From assembly GCA_963749655.1 (NCBI GenBank), contig CAVVOB010000028.1:224001-288000 (forward strand): a stretch of DNA of 64,000 nt, in the 5' to 3' direction. This document shows, in pieces, positions 10,312 through 19,203 of this stretch. The first letter of the stretch is position 1. Every line of letters begins with the position of its first letter. The stretch is from Nitrospirota bacterium. GTDB taxonomy: Bacteria; Nitrospirota; UBA9217. The notes under the pieces were generated by a model. It made no database searches. It had not been told where the DNA came from and saw nothing but the letters and a program-made list of their open reading frames with translations. The translations under genes were made by a program, and so were the position numbers.

Positions 10312-10890
10312 CTAAGAAGGCCCTGGTAACTTGGCGATTTTCGAGACGTGTTTAACCGCCGATGACTTTGAAGAAGAGATACCTTCTCCCTCTTTAACAA
10401 TGCTCTCAAGGATATTTGGCCAATAGTCAGCATCGGCCGTATTTAATCGAAGCTTAACCAATGTTCCCTTGAGCGGAATAGGTTGGGATATATCTGCGCG
10501 TGCCGGAGAGAGAAAATACTCAGAACTTATGATTGAGAAATTACCATAGCGGCGACCGAGTTCAGATACTAGATATAGTCCGAAACCCGTGTTAGCCCAT
10601 TGTGAATCCATATCCATATGCAAGGCACTCGAGACGCCAGGTTGCAATGCTAAGTTAAGCGCTGTTGGGGCATCCGATACGGAATATGCCTGCCCAAGAG
10701 AGTCCAAAATGCCTATGCCTCGATCAGCGATGGCGATCTCTGTAAAACCATTTGCCCAGTGTTGAGCCATTACAGAACACTTTTCGACCTTCGCATGTTC
10801 AAACGCATTCCTGATTATTTCACGAAAGCAATAGGACAGCATTATAGCAGCACTCTCATTAGGCACAGAGTACAGCCCGAATGTGATCAA
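10312..10890 (-). pseudogene. HATPase_c (GHKL) ATP-binding protein, probably N-terminally truncated
   Basis: EIIRNAFEHA, IADRGIGI, NTGFGL, GT boxes; TTG start without a clear RBS. Confidence 0.65.
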
Positions 10891-10937
10891 GTATATCCTG
10901 AACTGTTTTAAAATATATCCCGAAAAATTCTGGAACG

Positions 10938-10966
10938 AATAAGGCCGGACACTCTCCGGCCTTATT
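10938..10966. terminator. Hairpin terminator downstream of the HEPN gene
   Basis: AATAAGGCCGGA-CACTC-TCCGGCCTTATT. Confidence 0.7.
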
Positions 10967-11007
10967 TTATTTCTCGTATCTTCCGAGCCATCCCCTTGGA
11001 CCTGCCT

Positions 11008-12492
11008 CTAGCCTAGATTATCTCTGTCTTTTTTGTTCAGAATTTTGCGATCTTCATTCCACGTCTTATAATATGACACTTTTACTTCTAAAAGAGGTGG
11101 TGAAACGAATGATTTTGAAATAGGCCATCCTAGAATGGATAGGATGGCTCGCTCTAGAATCCACTGTAAATTCTCCTTGGCGGATATTAATGCGCACTCC
11201 TCAGTATAGGTAAAATAGTCCCCATGAATGAGACGGTGCCTGATTTCCGAAAGCGATATTCCTTTCTCATGATCACAAACCGGCCAAAGATCATCCAAGC
11301 AAATTAAATATGAATCACAAAAACTCTTGAAAGCAGTAGAAAAAGATATTCTATTTAAGTCGGATATCTTTTGATAAAGCATTTTTCTTTTTTTCTTATG
11401 CTTATCTCCTTTAAGTGGTTCGTAATCATGGATGCAATTTTTCATGTATTTACTAAATTCACTATAGTCATCAGATAGAGGTGTGAAAATATATTCTAAC
11501 TCTGATGCTTGGCGAAAATATAAAACTAGAGATTCAAGGGCGGAAAATAGTAACAGGTAGGAGTTTTCAATTGTTCTGTTTAAGTCATATGCTGCAATGA
11601 CATGTCCAATCGCGTGTCTTACTAATTGCGGACCTTTAAGCTTTTCGAGCATATCATATGCTTGAAAGATAAATTCATCGATATGAGAAATTTCAATAAG
11701 TTCATGAAGACTATTTTTTAATTTTAAATCAGGAATAGCAATATCATGTCTAAAATGTTTTACTTGGGTCGTTGGTGTATCATATTCCCATCCTATACAA
11801 GCACATTTGCTTCTTTCCGCTAAACTTACCAACATTAATAAATCATCAATATGAAAGAGAATCCCTGACTCGATATTTACTAGTTCGTCAGGTTTCTCAA
11901 CTTCAAATTCCGCAACAAGTTCTGCACGGCTTATTGTCTCTCCATTCACAGTCTCAGTAAATCGATAATGATTGTTAAATCTCAGTTCAATGTGATTAGG
12001 CAAGGAGAACGCGTGCCGACTCTCAGTGGTAATTCTTACATTACCATCAACATTTCGTTCTTCCATCACATTCGGTTCAAGCATTTTGCTAGGCGTCAGC
12101 CAAAAAACTTCTGTGCTTTTTTGGATTAGATCTTTATTGCTATCGATATTATAGAAGTGTTCAGAAATTGTTAGGTCTATCGGCCAAGCAGAAATACGAT
12201 TTTCCTTTATTTTTCTTCCCCAGTATTTACCAGAACGATGCTTTGTAAAAACCCTCTTTGAATAGATACTCACTTCTTTTTTACCATGAAATCCTATCAC
12301 CTCCCCTGACACCGAAAATTCGTGAATATCCTTCAATTGTTTCACCTGTTCGTCGTTTGGGAAAAAAAGATAATTTATAGGATTTGTCAAATGGTCTGGC
12401 AAATAAAGATAGCAGAGGACATTTTCAACCCGTGTTGCATCTGTCACAATCGTTGATAAAAACCTGTAGTCTTCATTCTTTTGGTTCATCAT
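11008..12492 (-). CDS. ApeA-like HEPN domain protein
   Basis: C-terminal LFSALESL and RHRLIHG (RxxxxH); long N-terminal region; low GC. Confidence 0.7.
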   Translation of the reverse strand: MMNQKNEDYRFLSTIVTDATRVENVLCYLYLPDHLTNPINYLFFPNDEQVKQLKDIHEFSVSGEVIGFHGKKEVSIYSKRVFTKHRSGKYWGRKIKENRISAWPIDLTISEHFYNIDSNKDLIQKSTEVFWLTPSKMLEPNVMEERNVDGNVRITTESRHAFSLPNHIELRFNNHYRFTETVNGETISRAELVAEFEVEKPDELVNIESGILFHIDDLLMLVSLAERSKCACIGWEYDTPTTQVKHFRHDIAIPDLKLKNSLHELIEISHIDEFIFQAYDMLEKLKGPQLVRHAIGHVIAAYDLNRTIENSYLLLFSALESLVLYFRQASELEYIFTPLSDDYSEFSKYMKNCIHDYEPLKGDKHKKKRKMLYQKISDLNRISFSTAFKSFCDSYLICLDDLWPVCDHEKGISLSEIRHRLIHGDYFTYTEECALISAKENLQWILERAILSILGWPISKSFVSPPLLEVKVSYYKTWNEDRKILNKKDRDNLG

Positions 12493-12517
12493 ATTGCTAG
12501 TGGCCTCGTTCAATTTG

Positions 12518-12724
12518 CTAGCGAAGATTCATTGGTATGATGCAGTGTTCAATATTGCCCTCGCACGTGACGTTTTGAGTTATCGCTCCTGTTTTGTGCT
12601 TTGACTCTGGATGCGAACATTTTTTATATTCACGTATTATCTGTTTTCGAGGATTGCGATTAGTGGGCATCACTTTGCTTTCAGATTTAATTTGTTTGTA
12701 TGAATAAAATTTACAAACAGACAT
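12518..12724 (-). CDS. Small basic protein with four Cys
   Basis: AAGGAGG RBS at 12733-12739; MSVCKFY... Confidence 0.5.
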   Translation of the reverse strand: MSVCKFYSYKQIKSESKVMPTNRNPRKQIIREYKKCSHPESKHKTGAITQNVTCEGNIEHCIIPMNLR

Positions 12725-12871
12725 AGGTTGAACCTCCTTTATCTTTTTCGACTCAGAGCAGAAGTATATCACTTAAAGAAGTGTTTCACACGGGAATTGA
12801 ATATACAAATATTATTCCTTGATATTACTATAATTAGCACTAGAATAATTACTATTAAGAAAGGGGGTTCA

Positions 12872-13048
12872 ATGATTAACTTGAAATTTGTCACCGTGTC
12901 GGAATTACGGCTTAAAACTACTAAGATTGTCGCAGAGGTGGAGAAGACCGGGAGGCAGGTTATCGTAACAAAGAATGGGAGGCCGGTTGTAGTGGTGCAG
13001 CGTGTAACAGAAGATGAATTAAGCCTAGACAGGCCAAAAAAGAAATAG
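12872..13048 (+). CDS. Phd/YefM family antitoxin (no cognate toxin seen)
   Basis: VTVSELR..TTKIVAEVEKTGRQVIVTKNGRPVVVV. Confidence 0.85.
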   Translation: MINLKFVTVSELRLKTTKIVAEVEKTGRQVIVTKNGRPVVVVQRVTEDELSLDRPKKK

Positions 13049-13090
13049 CCGATCAGAAGCAAACACGAAAACGAAAATGGAAAAAAGGAA

Positions 13091-13708
13091 ATGCAATTCA
13101 AGATTCTTGCGGCTGTGCCTGAGAAGGATCAACCCATATTCCGCTTTGCAATCTATCACCCTATCCGGCCCGGTGAGCTTCGAGCGCTTCGGGTCAAGGA
13201 TTTTCTAGTTGATCAGGGTATGGTGCAGATCAGCCGCGCATTCTCTCTCACAGAAGAGCGATCGAGGAAGAACAAAAAGCCCTATTACCTTCCCCTATCC
13301 GCAACGTTCGACCGCAGCGTGCTCAAGGGGAAGCTGCCAGAGGCATTTGTATTCCTGAACGCAATAGGAAGGCCGTACACTGACTCCGGATTGCGGAAGA
13401 TATGGAGAAGGGCCTGCAAGAACGCCAAGGTGCCATATATCAATTTCTACAACGCTACGCGCCATTCCATCGCGTCTCAGGCACTCAACGCGGGTGTTCC
13501 GCTGGACAGGATTTCACAGGCCCTCGGTCACAGCAACCTTGAGATCACGCGCCGGTATGCGAGTTTGAATGTGCAGAAACTTCGTGACGTAGTTGATGGA
13601 CTCGGACAGGACTCGGACAAACAAAAAATCCGTGAGATAAACCCACGGATTGTGATAGGAATTATGGTGGGCGCTACTGGGATTGAACCAGTGGCCCCTG
13701 CCGTGTGA
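13091..13708 (+). CDS. Tyrosine recombinase/integrase, catalytic domain only
   Basis: IRPGEL, YNATRHS, LGHS, TRRY; ORF overlaps the tRNA on the antisense strand. Confidence 0.88.
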   Translation: MQFKILAAVPEKDQPIFRFAIYHPIRPGELRALRVKDFLVDQGMVQISRAFSLTEERSRKNKKPYYLPLSATFDRSVLKGKLPEAFVFLNAIGRPYTDSGLRKIWRRACKNAKVPYINFYNATRHSIASQALNAGVPLDRISQALGHSNLEITRRYASLNVQKLRDVVDGLGQDSDKQKIREINPRIVIGIMVGATGIEPVAPAV

Positions 13709-13739
13709 AGGCAGTGCTCTCCCGCTGAGCTAAGCGCCC
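13665..13739 (-). tRNA. tRNA-Val(CAC)
   Basis: GGGCGCTTAGCTCAGCGGGAGAGCACTGCCTTCACACGGCAGGGGCCACTGGTTCAATCCCAGTAGCGCCCACCA; cloverleaf with encoded CCA. Confidence 0.97.
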
Positions 13740-13810
13740 TGAAACAGATACTTTTTAACACAAGCACTGCGGGTTAGTCAAGATAATTCTAGGATTTGAA
13801 AATCGGTTTG

Positions 13811-13922
13811 AACCGCGAAGCCGCGAGGGACGCAAAGGAAACCGTAAGAGAAAACCATTGTCTGGTTTTAAACCAGGGCTTAGAGCTTTTGACCTCCTCG
13901 CGCTCTTTGCGCCGTTGCGGAT
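13811..13922. repeat. Periodic palindrome (3x CGCRAAG-like units, inverted)
   Basis: AACCGCGAAGCCGCGAGGGACGCAAAG ... CCTCGCGCTCTTTGCGCCGTTGCGG. Confidence 0.65.
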
Positions 13923-13928
13923 AGTGTT

Positions 13929-15092
13929 TCAGTCGATCATCAGTATCGCACATTTCAGATACTGCGTCTCCCGTGCAGCGAGCAAGACGGGATGGTCCCT
14001 TGCCTGAGAGCGCATCTCCAGGAGCCTGACCTGGCGGCCGGCGGAATAGGCCGCGTCGATCAGCATCTCGCGGAACAGCTCTTCATCGATATGATGGGAG
14101 CAGGAGCATGTTGCGAGGATTCCGCCCGGTTCGAGCAGCTTCATGCCACGCATATTGATTTCCTTGTATCCCTTCAGCGCTTCGCGCACCTTTGCCCTGC
14201 TCTTCACGAATGCGGGCGGATCAAGAACCACGCATCCGAAGCGTTCCCGATTTTTTTCCAGGGAGCGCAGCTCGTCGAACACATCAGCGACCCTGAACTT
14301 CACGGCCAGTCCGTTGAGCGCGGCATTCTCCGCAGCAAGCTGCACGGCCCGGGCGGATGCGTCGATGCCCGTAACGTCCGCGGCTCCGGCCCGCGCCGCG
14401 CTGAGCGCCCAGGCGCCGACGTAACAGAAACAGTCGAGTACGCGGCGGCCCCGCACGTATCCTGTGAGTGCAAGCCGGTTCTCGCGCTGATCGAAGAAAA
14501 AGCCCGTCTTCTGCCCTTCGAGAACGTCAACGCGGTAGCGGATGCCGGACTCTTCAAACATCACCGGCCCCTCCACCGACCCCAGGAGGACCCGCTTTTC
14601 CTGAATAAGCCCCTCAAGTGCCCGGGTGGGCGAATCATTCCGCGCGACGACGGCGGTCGGCGTATAAACTTCCGAAAGCACGGCGATCACATCATCGAGC
14701 ATCCGGTCGATCCCCGCAGTCAGCGACTGGATAACCAGCGTGCCGGCATACTTGTCCACGATCAGGCCGGGAAGGCCGTCTCCTTCGCTGTAGAAGGCGC
14801 GGTGGGATTCGCCGAGCCCGAGCCCGGTCCGAAGTTCGCGGCCGGCATTGATCCGTTTGCGAAGAAAATCGCGGTCGATCGGCTCCTGCGTGCGGGTCAT
14901 AATGCGCACCGCTATGAGCGAGCGGGGATTGCAGTATCCCCGGGCAATGAAGCGCCCCGAGGCATCAAGGACATCGACGATATCGCCGGGTTCGAGGTCC
15001 TTTGGCACTTCCCGAAGCTCATTGCTGAAGATCCAGGGGTGGCCGCGCAGAATGCGCCGGTCTTCCTTGGGTTTAAGGTGTACGGTTTTCAT
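13929..15092 (-). CDS. rlmI: 23S rRNA m5C1962 methyltransferase RlmI-like
   Basis: GHPWIFSNE PUA domain, GQKTGFFFDQRENR, LDPPAF, TCSCS. Confidence 0.88.
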   Translation of the reverse strand: MKTVHLKPKEDRRILRGHPWIFSNELREVPKDLEPGDIVDVLDASGRFIARGYCNPRSLIAVRIMTRTQEPIDRDFLRKRINAGRELRTGLGLGESHRAFYSEGDGLPGLIVDKYAGTLVIQSLTAGIDRMLDDVIAVLSEVYTPTAVVARNDSPTRALEGLIQEKRVLLGSVEGPVMFEESGIRYRVDVLEGQKTGFFFDQRENRLALTGYVRGRRVLDCFCYVGAWALSAARAGAADVTGIDASARAVQLAAENAALNGLAVKFRVADVFDELRSLEKNRERFGCVVLDPPAFVKSRAKVREALKGYKEINMRGMKLLEPGGILATCSCSHHIDEELFREMLIDAAYSAGRQVRLLEMRSQARDHPVLLAARETQYLKCAILMID

Positions 15093-15112
15093 GGGAGGGT
15101 GATGGGATAAAA

Positions 15113-15277
15113 GCGCATAGGGCATGGCGCGGAGGGCGGGGGGACAAAAATACATGGGGCATAGTGCAAGGGGCATAGAGTCTGGTTACTCTGCCTTTTA
15201 CTTTATGTTCACTGCCCTTTGCTCTATATGCTTTGTCGTTACACTAACACTATGCTCTCTGCGCTATGCCCTTTGCT
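15113..15277. repeat. Heptamer-periodic palindrome (GCATRGN units)
   Basis: GCATAGG GCATGGC GCGGAGG ... CTATGCT CTCTGCG CTATGCC CTTTGC. Confidence 0.7.
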
Positions 15278-15280
15278 GTT

Positions 15281-16240
15281 TTACAGCTTATTCTCGATGT
15301 GGGAATCGCTCCGCAGCGTCTGGAGCCAGCTCCGGTAGGTGTTCTCCACCTTCTGCTTATAGAGCGTGTCCATGATATCGTCCTTCACCTTTTCGTACGG
15401 CGTGACCGGTGTGCGGATTTCCTCGAGCCTGATGATATGGTAGCCGCCGGAGCAGAGGAAAGGCTTTGAAATCTCCCCGACTTTAAGGGGCCGCGCAGCC
15501 TCCTGGATCTCGGCAAGCATGTGCTCCCGCTTCATGAAGCCGAGGTCGCCGTCATCCGATGCGGTCGAACCGAACGAACTCTCATGCACGAGGCGGAGGA
15601 AATCCTCGCCTTTGCAGGCGCGTTCGTAAGCCGCCTGGGCTGCCGCCTTTACCGCAGCGGTCTGGGCCGGCGTAGCGTTGTCCGGGAGGGAAAGATAGAT
15701 CTGCCTCAGCCGGACCTCTTCGGGAAGGGCATAGGATGCGCGATTGCGGTCATAGTACGAGCGGACCTCAGCTTCGTCCACCACGACGCCGGACCGCACG
15801 TACTTGTTGAACATGCGCGAGAGCGTCATCTGCTCACGAAGTTCCTGTTTGTACTGGTCGAGGGAAAGTCCCTCCTTGGCGAGCGCGGTCTCGAACTTCT
15901 TCGTATCAAATGAGTTGCGCTTCATGATGTCGGCGACGGCATCGGTCAGCTCCTTGTCGGTCACGTCCATACCGGCCTTTTTCGCGGCGGCCATCTGGAG
16001 CTTCCGGTCGATCATGTCTTCGAGGACCGTCCGCTCATCGGTTTTGATGTCCTTGCTCTCGTTCTTCTTCTGCGTCTCTTCGCGCTGCAGGTCGCTTAAG
16101 GTTATGATGTCGTCGTTCACCACCGCGACAACGCGGTCGACGACCACGGACGCCGCAGCAGTTCCCTGCACCGTACCTACATGAATGAGGGCCATCATAA
16201 GAATGCTGGCCAGGACCGTCTTTCGTTTCATACTGTTCAT
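15281..16240 (-). CDS. SurA-like parvulin PPIase
   Basis: VDRVVAVVNDDIIT, DGDLGF, GYHIIRL. Confidence 0.88.
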   Translation of the reverse strand: MNSMKRKTVLASILMMALIHVGTVQGTAAASVVVDRVVAVVNDDIITLSDLQREETQKKNESKDIKTDERTVLEDMIDRKLQMAAAKKAGMDVTDKELTDAVADIMKRNSFDTKKFETALAKEGLSLDQYKQELREQMTLSRMFNKYVRSGVVVDEAEVRSYYDRNRASYALPEEVRLRQIYLSLPDNATPAQTAAVKAAAQAAYERACKGEDFLRLVHESSFGSTASDDGDLGFMKREHMLAEIQEAARPLKVGEISKPFLCSGGYHIIRLEEIRTPVTPYEKVKDDIMDTLYKQKVENTYRSWLQTLRSDSHIENKL

Positions 16241-16315
16241 ACCTCGGCTCCGCTGTTCCTGTTCTTTTCTGTTGCCTTTTGGCGTTAAGTTTACTATTAT
16301 TCTTTTGTTCTTATT

Positions 16316-17413
16316 ATGAAAAAGCTTTTCCCACTGCTTATCCCTGCGCTGCTTATCGCTGTTCTTGCCGATTCCGCTCCTGCGGCTGCCGCATCCGACC
16401 CGCCGGCCGGGGAGGAAATCACCGTCGCAGCAGTTGGGGACCTCATGCTCGGCGGAAGGGCCGAGCCGTTTCTCAAGGAGTTCGGTCCCGCCTACCCCTT
16501 TTCCGATGTGATGCCCTTCCTCGGAAAGGCAGATGTACTGGTCGGCAACCTGGAATCCCCCATCTCCCTCCGCGGCACAGCAGTGGAGAACAAGAAATTC
16601 ACGCTCCGCGCCGGTCCCGTCGCCGCCGAGGCGCTCAAAAGCGCCGGGTTCCGCGTGGTCACGCTGGCAAACAACCATGCCATGGACTTCGGCCCCCTGG
16701 CGCTCCAGGACACGCTCGCGACGCTGGGCGAGAGCGACATCCTCTTTACCGGCGCCGGCATGAACCTCGATGACGCCCGTTCGCCGGCCGTCGTGAAAAT
16801 AAAGGGAAAGACACTTGCGTTCCTCGCCTATTCCCTCACCTTCCCGCTCGAATTCTTCGCATCAGCCGGCCGGCCCGGCACCGCGCCGGGATATGCGGAA
16901 TACGTAAAGGCTGACATCGAAAAGGTGCGGCCGCTGGCCGACCTCGTCATCGTTTCATTCCACTGGGGCGCCGAGCTCATGACCGCGGCCAAGGATTATC
17001 AGATCGAACTCGGCCGCCAGGCCATCAACTGGGGCGCCGACCTTGTGCTGGGCCACCATCCCCATGTCCTGCAGGAACTCGAGGTATACAAGGGACACCT
17101 CATCGCCTACAGCCTCGGTAATTTCGTGTTCGGGTCCGAGAGCAATCGCACAAACACCAGCATGATACTCCTTTTGACCTTTCAGGGCAAGGATCTCATG
17201 CGGGTCGAAGCCATCCCCCTGGACGTAAATAATTACCGGGTCAAATACCGACCCCGCCCGCCAAAGGGGCGGGACGCGGATGCGGTTCTGGAGAGCGTCA
17301 ACGCGGCCTCGGCCCGGTTCAAGACCGCCCTCACAATCGAGAACGGCCGAGGTGCGATCATGCTGGCGCACCCAGAACCTGTCACGACCACGACCGCCAG
17401 TACTCCCCGGTAG
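16316..17413 (+). CDS. CapA family metallophosphoesterase
   Basis: VGDLM, GNLE, LANNH.MDFG, HWG, GHHPH, YSLGNF. Confidence 0.9.
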   Translation: MKKLFPLLIPALLIAVLADSAPAAAASDPPAGEEITVAAVGDLMLGGRAEPFLKEFGPAYPFSDVMPFLGKADVLVGNLESPISLRGTAVENKKFTLRAGPVAAEALKSAGFRVVTLANNHAMDFGPLALQDTLATLGESDILFTGAGMNLDDARSPAVVKIKGKTLAFLAYSLTFPLEFFASAGRPGTAPGYAEYVKADIEKVRPLADLVIVSFHWGAELMTAAKDYQIELGRQAINWGADLVLGHHPHVLQELEVYKGHLIAYSLGNFVFGSESNRTNTSMILLLTFQGKDLMRVEAIPLDVNNYRVKYRPRPPKGRDADAVLESVNAASARFKTALTIENGRGAIMLAHPEPVTTTTASTPR

Positions 17414-17416
17414 GCC

Positions 17417-18391
17417 TTACGGCTGCGTCTTCAACGCCTGGTAATTCACCTCGAATTTCGTGCGGGACCGGAGTTCCTTGAGCCAGCTCTTATACCGCTC
17501 GTCCTCTTTCACTCTGCGGAGCTTTTCTGCAATGTCTTTGTAGGCGTCGTCCAGACTTGTCCTTCCCGCGTTCCGCTTGCCCTCGAGCTTGAAGATATGA
17601 AATCCGTACGGGCTCTTAACGACACCGCTCAATCCGCCCTTCGGAAGGCTGAACACGATGTTGAACTCCGCCGGCATGTCTCCCCGTGCAAAATAGCCGA
17701 GATCGCCTCCCTGTTCCGCCTCGGGCGCCGTGGACCTGGCCCGGGCGAGCGCGGCAAAGTCGGCGCTGTCGTTCTGGAGCTGCGCCAGAAGTTTCCGGGC
17801 TTCCTCCTCGGTGGCAACGACGATCTGGCGCACATGCACCTGCTCCGGCCTGTCGAATTCTTCCTGGTGGGTTTGATAATAGCGCTTAACGTCCGGCGGC
17901 GACACGGAAATTTGCCGGTTCACGTCGCGCGCAAGGAGCCGCTCGACCATCATGTCCTCCCAGACATCGGACTTCCACTTTTCGAAATCGATGCCCTGGC
18001 TGGCCAGGAACTCCTTTACATCCTTGCCGTTCTCTTCCGTGATGGCGGCGATCCGCTTGTTGATTTCGGGCAGGCCGACTTTGATGCGTCTGCGCTGGGC
18101 CTCGCGCAGCATCATCTTCCTCTCGATGAGCCGGTTGAGGAACTCCTCCCGGACCTCGAGCTCGACTTCGCGGTCCGGCTTGAATCCCGCGCGGTTGAAC
18201 CGCTCCAGAAACTCGGCGAGCGTGATCGGGTCTCCGTTCACCGTGGCAACGACCCTGACATCGGCAGAGACCACGGCCGCGGGCGGCGGAGCGGCTTTTT
18301 CCTCGACCTCCGTCCTGCTCTTGCATCCAAAAAATACAAGCCCCAGCAACAGTGCCGGGGCCAGTAGTCGTTCAAGTGGGATTGTCTTCAT
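17417..18391 (-). CDS. PrsA/PpiC-type PPIase lipoprotein
   Basis: Lipobox FFGC, GGDLGYF, SPYGFHIFK. Confidence 0.88.
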   Translation of the reverse strand: MKTIPLERLLAPALLLGLVFFGCKSRTEVEEKAAPPPAAVVSADVRVVATVNGDPITLAEFLERFNRAGFKPDREVELEVREEFLNRLIERKMMLREAQRRRIKVGLPEINKRIAAITEENGKDVKEFLASQGIDFEKWKSDVWEDMMVERLLARDVNRQISVSPPDVKRYYQTHQEEFDRPEQVHVRQIVVATEEEARKLLAQLQNDSADFAALARARSTAPEAEQGGDLGYFARGDMPAEFNIVFSLPKGGLSGVVKSPYGFHIFKLEGKRNAGRTSLDDAYKDIAEKLRRVKEDERYKSWLKELRSRTKFEVNYQALKTQP

Positions 18392-18411
18392 ATGCTGCTC
18401 TCTGCGGGGGC

Positions 18412-19116
18412 TTACTTCCTGGCTTCCTCTTTTTTCGGAGCGGGCTGCACCTTGATGTTCGAAAGATCCAGTTCCTTCGGCTGCTGGGCAAGCGTTGCCG
18501 CCGCATCGTTCAGGGCCTTGTCGTCCACCGATACCTTGGCCTTGGCTTTCAGGCCGTTGGCATATTCAACGTAGAGATCTCTCCTTCGCTCCTGCATCAT
18601 CCGCATCTTCAGCTGCGGCTCGATCTCTTTCAGGCTGACTTCCTTGCCCGCTGCGGCCTTTATCTTGTCCTTGTTCTTGGCGTAGTATTCGCGAACTTCC
18701 TGGTCCGTCGGCGCCGCTATCTTGCCGAGCTTCTCGCCGATCTCCTTCTTCAGGACGGTGTTGAACAATTCGTTCTTGGCGTCTTCCTGCAGCCTGCGCT
18801 CCATTTCCTTTTTGAGCGTTTCCTGCCGCTTCCGGTATTCGCCGTCCTTGTCGATACCCTGCCGCTTGGCTTCCTGAAGCACCAGCTCGATCCCGATCAG
18901 ATCCTCCAGGAACTCCTTCCGCGCCTTGGGGTCGGACACCACCGCCTGCTGCATCTGGGGCGCCAGATCCTCGAGCTGCTTCTTGAAATCGCCGACCGTG
19001 ATCGTTGTCCTGTTCACCCGGGCCAGAACAGGACCGTCGGATGCCTTATTGCAGCCCGCCAGGGCCGTGGTGATCGCCAATATCGAAATGCCTGCAGCCA
19101 GTTTACGCTTCATCAT
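18412..19116 (-). CDS. SurA N-terminal domain lipoprotein
   Basis: LAGC lipobox, VLARVN..TIT, helical chaperone domain without a parvulin core. Confidence 0.75.
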   Translation of the reverse strand: MMKRKLAAGISILAITTALAGCNKASDGPVLARVNRTTITVGDFKKQLEDLAPQMQQAVVSDPKARKEFLEDLIGIELVLQEAKRQGIDKDGEYRKRQETLKKEMERRLQEDAKNELFNTVLKKEIGEKLGKIAAPTDQEVREYYAKNKDKIKAAAGKEVSLKEIEPQLKMRMMQERRRDLYVEYANGLKAKAKVSVDDKALNDAAATLAQQPKELDLSNIKVQPAPKKEEARK

Positions 19117-19203
19117 GGTAATTGATTCCTCCGGTTAACGTTGCATCTTTTGGATTAGGTGCATGAACTGCCGAACAACAGCATAGAAGTCGTTTATAAC
19201 ACA

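Larger units (their letters stand above)
10089..13692. mobile_element. 3.6-kb tRNA-Val-integrated element (genomic islet)
   Basis: Bounded by att repeats, AT-rich, tyrosine integrase next to the tRNA. Confidence 0.9.

Noticed and set aside
13826-13850. GGGACGCAAAG resembling a c-di-GMP-I riboswitch
   Set aside because: No upstream GGCAAAC/GAAA stem and no downstream gene in the right orientation; it is part of a periodic palindrome
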